The position numbers and the translations under genes were made by a program. This document shows, piece after piece, positions 60,304 to 64,000 of a stretch of DNA of 64,000 bases. Source of the stretch: an uncultured delta proteobacterium. GTDB taxonomy: Bacteria > Desulfobacterota > Binatia > UBA9968. How positions within the stretch are numbered: the stretch's first letter is position 1; the number at the start of each line of letters is the position of its first letter. The stretch lies in NCBI GenBank assembly GCA_963771465.1, contig CAVYTU010000017.1:1100641-1164640 (forward strand). Direction: 5' to 3'. The notes beneath the pieces are model-generated. The model saw nothing but the letters and a program-made list of their open reading frames with translations, did no database searches and was not told where the DNA came from.

Positions 60304-61800
60304 TCATTGTGTCCGCACCGGTGCGATTTGATGCAGTCTTCGGATCAAAATGCCGTTCTTACCGTCATTGCTGTATTTACCGTCATAGAGTTTTGAGACG
60401 GTAGAGAGGGCAGAGACGCCAATGACGGCATTTTCCATATTGTTACGGTTGATAGTGATTTTCCGTTCACGTGACGAGTGGCCGAAGTCTATCGCCAACC
60501 TAATGACACCAAATTGGGCCGGATCTCCCTGAGTCGCCTACCCATGGCCGCGGCAGATCCGGGAAACGACTTGGCCGGTATCTTCATAACGTCGGCTTTT
60601 TCTTTGAGCAGGGAGTAGAGCTCGTGCGGCTGGCCTTCCCATGTCTCGCCGTCGGCCAAGAATGCGAGCAAGACCGTAGCGATAACGGAAGCGTTTAGTG
60701 CTTCGTCATTTTGGCGGTCGACGTTGGATGCAAAGTCTTTGACAAACTCTGCCGGATCGCGCCCTTGCCCTAAGGCGACGGCCATTGCCCACTTGGCGAA
60801 GTCCGCCATTCGCGGTAGCAGCTGCGGCTCGACCGTGGCATACTCTCGCAAGCACCCACCAACATATCTAGGACGGCGCCGAATAGGCGCGGCCGCGCTG
60901 CTTCGAAGCGCTGATTCAATAACTGCTCATCCCGCCGCTGACTGTCGGGGATGCGTTCCAAGCCAACGATAATTGACCGGTCGAGCAAATCCGGTTTGCG
61001 GATCAATAGGTCGATTCCAGTGAGGATCAAGACTCGCTTGTAGGCGAATAAGATGTCGTCGGAGTTAGTGTAAAGCGCTCGCTTGGTGAAACCCTCGCCG
61101 GTAACGGCTCGAGATAGAGTGTCTGACAACCATTCGGGAATGTTGCTGAGATTATCGAGTACCGGGCAGTAGTGATGCGCCAAACCTTGCACGTCTCGGC
61201 GTCGTCCTTAGAGCGCAACGTAAGAATCGCCGATCAGATAGATCGCCCGCAACTTACTCGCTGTCGAAGTCTTACCGCTGCCTTGATCACCATGGAGCGC
61301 GAGACACGGCCGCGGTATGTCGGGAATGAGACCAACCGCCAGCCAATACTTAACAAGCTCGCGCTCGTATCGCTGAGCACGTTGATAAAGTCGAACAGCT
61401 CATCGATATTACCGCTGGCCGTCGGTTCCACCTGTTCAGCCATATGGGAGAAGCGGGTAAACTTCACCGCAGGTTTGTCGACAAGCTCCCAACCATCAGC
61501 ATCTATCTTAATGGCTCGCCATTCCGAATCACACAGATCGTAATAGAGCGCGCCCTCGTCCCATGCCGTGCGTAAATTCACATTCAAAGTCTTACCGTCG
61601 AAACGGGCGTGACTCTCGAGCAGGCCGATCGTGGTTTGTAACGCATCGTTATTCGGCGCCTTGTAGTCGTTAAAAAATACCCACGGCGTAGCCATTGCTT
61701 CGTTGCGGTTGAATTGTTGGCCACGTCTCCCAATGGTCGTTGACGGGAAAAGAAATATAAGGCTCGTCCATCGGCGTATGAAACAGTTCGGCGCCGGTTG
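60304..61800 (-). pseudogene. Phage/plasmid primase-associated P-loop helicase, multiply frameshifted
   Basis: Fragments 61234-61695, 60770-61192 and 60489-60851; Walker A GDQGSGKT (61268-61291, in a third frame); PVLDN; DLLDRSI; PRMADF. Confidence 0.7.
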
Positions 61801-61803
61801 CCA

Positions 61804-62046
61804 TTACCATCTTGATAATGATGTCAGCTTGGGTTTCGCGCCTTTTCTTGCCTTCCTCACCTTCACCTTTTCGTCTTGCAAGCGCGGCTTGAGTCGAACC
61901 GCAATCCCTGTTGAAGCCATGTCTTGTATATCTTCGCAGCCGGGCTCGCGGGCGATAATAAGGTTTTCTTCGATCTCGACGATTTCCGCCTGGATCTCGG
62001 CGGCCGTCATGCCGTCAAAGTCGGGACGCGGCTTGATATTCGTCAT
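61804..62046 (-). CDS. Hypothetical protein (possibly the N-terminus of the replication protein)
   Basis: 80-aa ORF with RBS (GAGCGAGG) directly upstream of the helicase fragments. Confidence 0.4.
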   Translation of the reverse strand: MTNIKPRPDFDGMTAAEIQAEIVEIEENLIIAREPGCEDIQDMASTGIAVRLKPRLQDEKVKVRKARKGAKPKLTSLSRW

Positions 62047-62380
62047 CCTCGCTCATTGACGCTTCCGTTCCTCACGTCCACCGGGAATCTTGAAACTTGC
62101 GCAAGACGTCAAGCCCAGCGCGCAGCGCGCGTCGCGCGATCTCCGATTCGTCAAGCTGCCACTGTTGCGCGACCTCTACCAAATCTCGCTTATCTTCCCG
62201 GTAAGCGCGGAATGCGATTAGTTCGTCATAAATTGATTTGGCGTTTTCCATATGTAAGTTTATACCGCGATCTATACCGCGTTAACAAGGAAAAACGTAT
62301 ATTTCGCTGTAAACAGATTATTGATGTTGAACATTGTATTTTCATATGCTAACGTTATGGTCGTGATGGATGGAGGACGC

Positions 62381-63003
62381 ATGAATCGACTAGCAGCAGA
62401 GTTTTTTGCCAGTCTCGCTTCAATTAAAAACTTGGAAAGTCTGGAACAGTGGCAACGGGAAAAACTTGTTTCCGACGTGCGAAGAAGGCGGGGCTGCTTC
62501 GATCCTATCGCAAGGATCGGGTACTCGGGAAAGGCGCAAACACATTGAAACCATGGCGTGGAATTACTCAAGTCGTGGAGAGGCGGGAAACGCGTTGTTC
62601 CCGGCGGCCTGGGTGCCTATCGGTACTCGTTCAGCCGTGGGCTTACAAGTTAATCAATGCGCTAGTTGATTCCGGTAAGGTCGACGTACGCGCCTTTTAC
62701 AAAGAGATGCTTCGGCCCGCAACGTGGAAGGTCGAAAATGGCAAAGTGGTAGAGGACTACATCCCGTGGGAACTCGCCGACAAAGAATTATGGGTCGATC
62801 TTGTCCGCCTGGTTTTGTCCCCAGACTCGTTTCCTTTTCGCCGCTGTGCGCTCTGTCGGACGATCTTCGCGCCAGCTTCAAAGAAACAAAAAAAATATTG
62901 CAGTAAGGAATGCGCAAACAAAGCGGTCAGTCTGACACCGGAGAGACGCAAGTACATGAAAGACTATATGGCGGATAAACGCCAAGCAGAAAGGAAATCC
63001 TAA
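62381..63003 (+). CDS. CGNR-type zinc-finger protein (probably frameshifted near its N-terminus)
   Basis: RRCALCRTIF...KYCSKEC; GGAGG RBS at ATG 62381 lies in a different frame from ORF 62449-63003. Confidence 0.6.
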
Positions 63004-64000
63004 TGGCAATCAATAAAACCGATGCGGGCACGTACGTCGTTGATTTCAGAGATCAACACGGAAAGCGAATCCGTAAAACTTTTGATCGGCTGGAGGACGC
63101 GCGCATATAACAAACAATCGCATGGAGAGATTTCAAACGGCAATTTTGTCGCGCCGTCGGAGATAACCGTAAAGGATGTTGCCGAATCGTGGTACAAGAG
63201 AAAAAAGGATGCCGGCACGTATCGCTACGGACGCTGCACAACTGGCGAATCCACATTGACAAGCATATCGTGCCCGCTCTCGGTGACTTCAGGATTCAAA
63301 CCATTACCGTGGAGCAGATCGAAACTGCGGCGGCCGGATGGGCTAGAGCTGCGTCGACCAAAGAAGCCAACAAGATCTTAACGACGCTCACGGCTATCTT
63401 TAAGCTCGGGCAGAGATACGGGCCACTCCAGGGAAAGCGAATGCGGCCGAGCTCGCCGAACGGCTCAAGGTATCCAACGAAGAGAACGAAGACGAAGAGG
63501 TTTTGCCGGATCAAGTCTACTCTGAAGGTGAGTTAAAAAAACTCATTGACGCAACGGAGCAGGGGAGTCTTGAGCGTGTCCTCGTCATGGTGCCGGCGTT
63601 TACCGGAATGCGGATCGGTGAAGTCTTAGGGCTTAACTGGTCCGCGGTGGATTTCAAAGCCGGCGCCATCAACGTCCGGCAGAATCTTGTTGTTTCCAAC
63701 GACGAAAACGGCGTGGAACTTAAAGCTCCAAAGTCAAAGACAAGCCGCCGGACGCTATATGTCCCGGGAGCTGGCCCACGAATTGAAGCTCTGGAAACTT
63801 CGCTGCCCGCCAAGTGAAGATGATCTCGTGTTCACGACGATCGCCGGCGGATTCATCCATCGGAAAAACGCCGGCCAGGTTTTCGATCGGATCATTGAGC
63901 AGGCTAACGAGAACAGGGAAGAGAGGAACGCTTAAACGGCTCACATTTCACAAGTTGCGACATACATTTGCGTCTCTTCTTTTGTCAAAGGGCAAGGACA
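63003..64000 (+). pseudogene. Tyrosine integrase, multiply frameshifted, running off the window
   Basis: Arm-binding N-terminus YVVDFRDQHGKRIRKTF; TGMRIGEVLGL; PKSKTSRR; FHKLRHTFASLLL, spread over several frames. Confidence 0.88.

Larger units (their letters stand above)
50192..64000. mobile_element. tRNA-integrated phage-related element (satellite/PICI-like or decayed prophage); right end outside window
   Basis: Starts at the tRNA 3' end with att-arm repeats; contains SRAP, ligase fragments, prohead protease, TerS, primase/helicase and a tyrosine integrase. Confidence 0.8.

Overview
The window has two parts. Bases 1-50191 are chromosomal DNA of a GC-rich bacterium. The large expansion of NMT1/SsuA-, TctC- and AfuA-like solute-binding proteins, molybdo-hydroxylases, UbiD and SDRs suggests a soil 'Deltaproteobacteria'/Ca. 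Binatia-like organism (inference). Bases ~50192-64000 are an integrated phage-related element downstream of tRNA-Arg(UCG). The most striking locus is 30308-36100. Two paralogous BCP/PrxQ peroxiredoxins each carry an in-frame TGA exactly at the peroxidatic cysteine (TPG-U-TKEAC), followed by a SECIS-like hairpin, so they are probable selenoproteins that the ORF track truncates. They flank a CysL-type LysR regulator, a fungal-Egt1-like sulfoxide synthase (no methyltransferase nearby), DUF427 and a PhnD-like binding protein with no signal peptide. A Tat-exported transglutaminase-like protein follows. This is a candidate selenium/sulfur antioxidant-metabolite island. The right-hand element has arm-type repeats and an IHF site, a lambda-like cos region, a Nu1-like small terminase, a ClpP-type prohead protease with a scaffold-like tail, a primase/helicase and an integrase. 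I see no TerL, portal or capsid gene, so it looks satellite/PICI-like, and it is heavily frameshifted. A decayed integron-cassette patch (attC sites, no intI) lies at ~25000-26400. All calls come from motif reading and recall of protein families; no searches were run.
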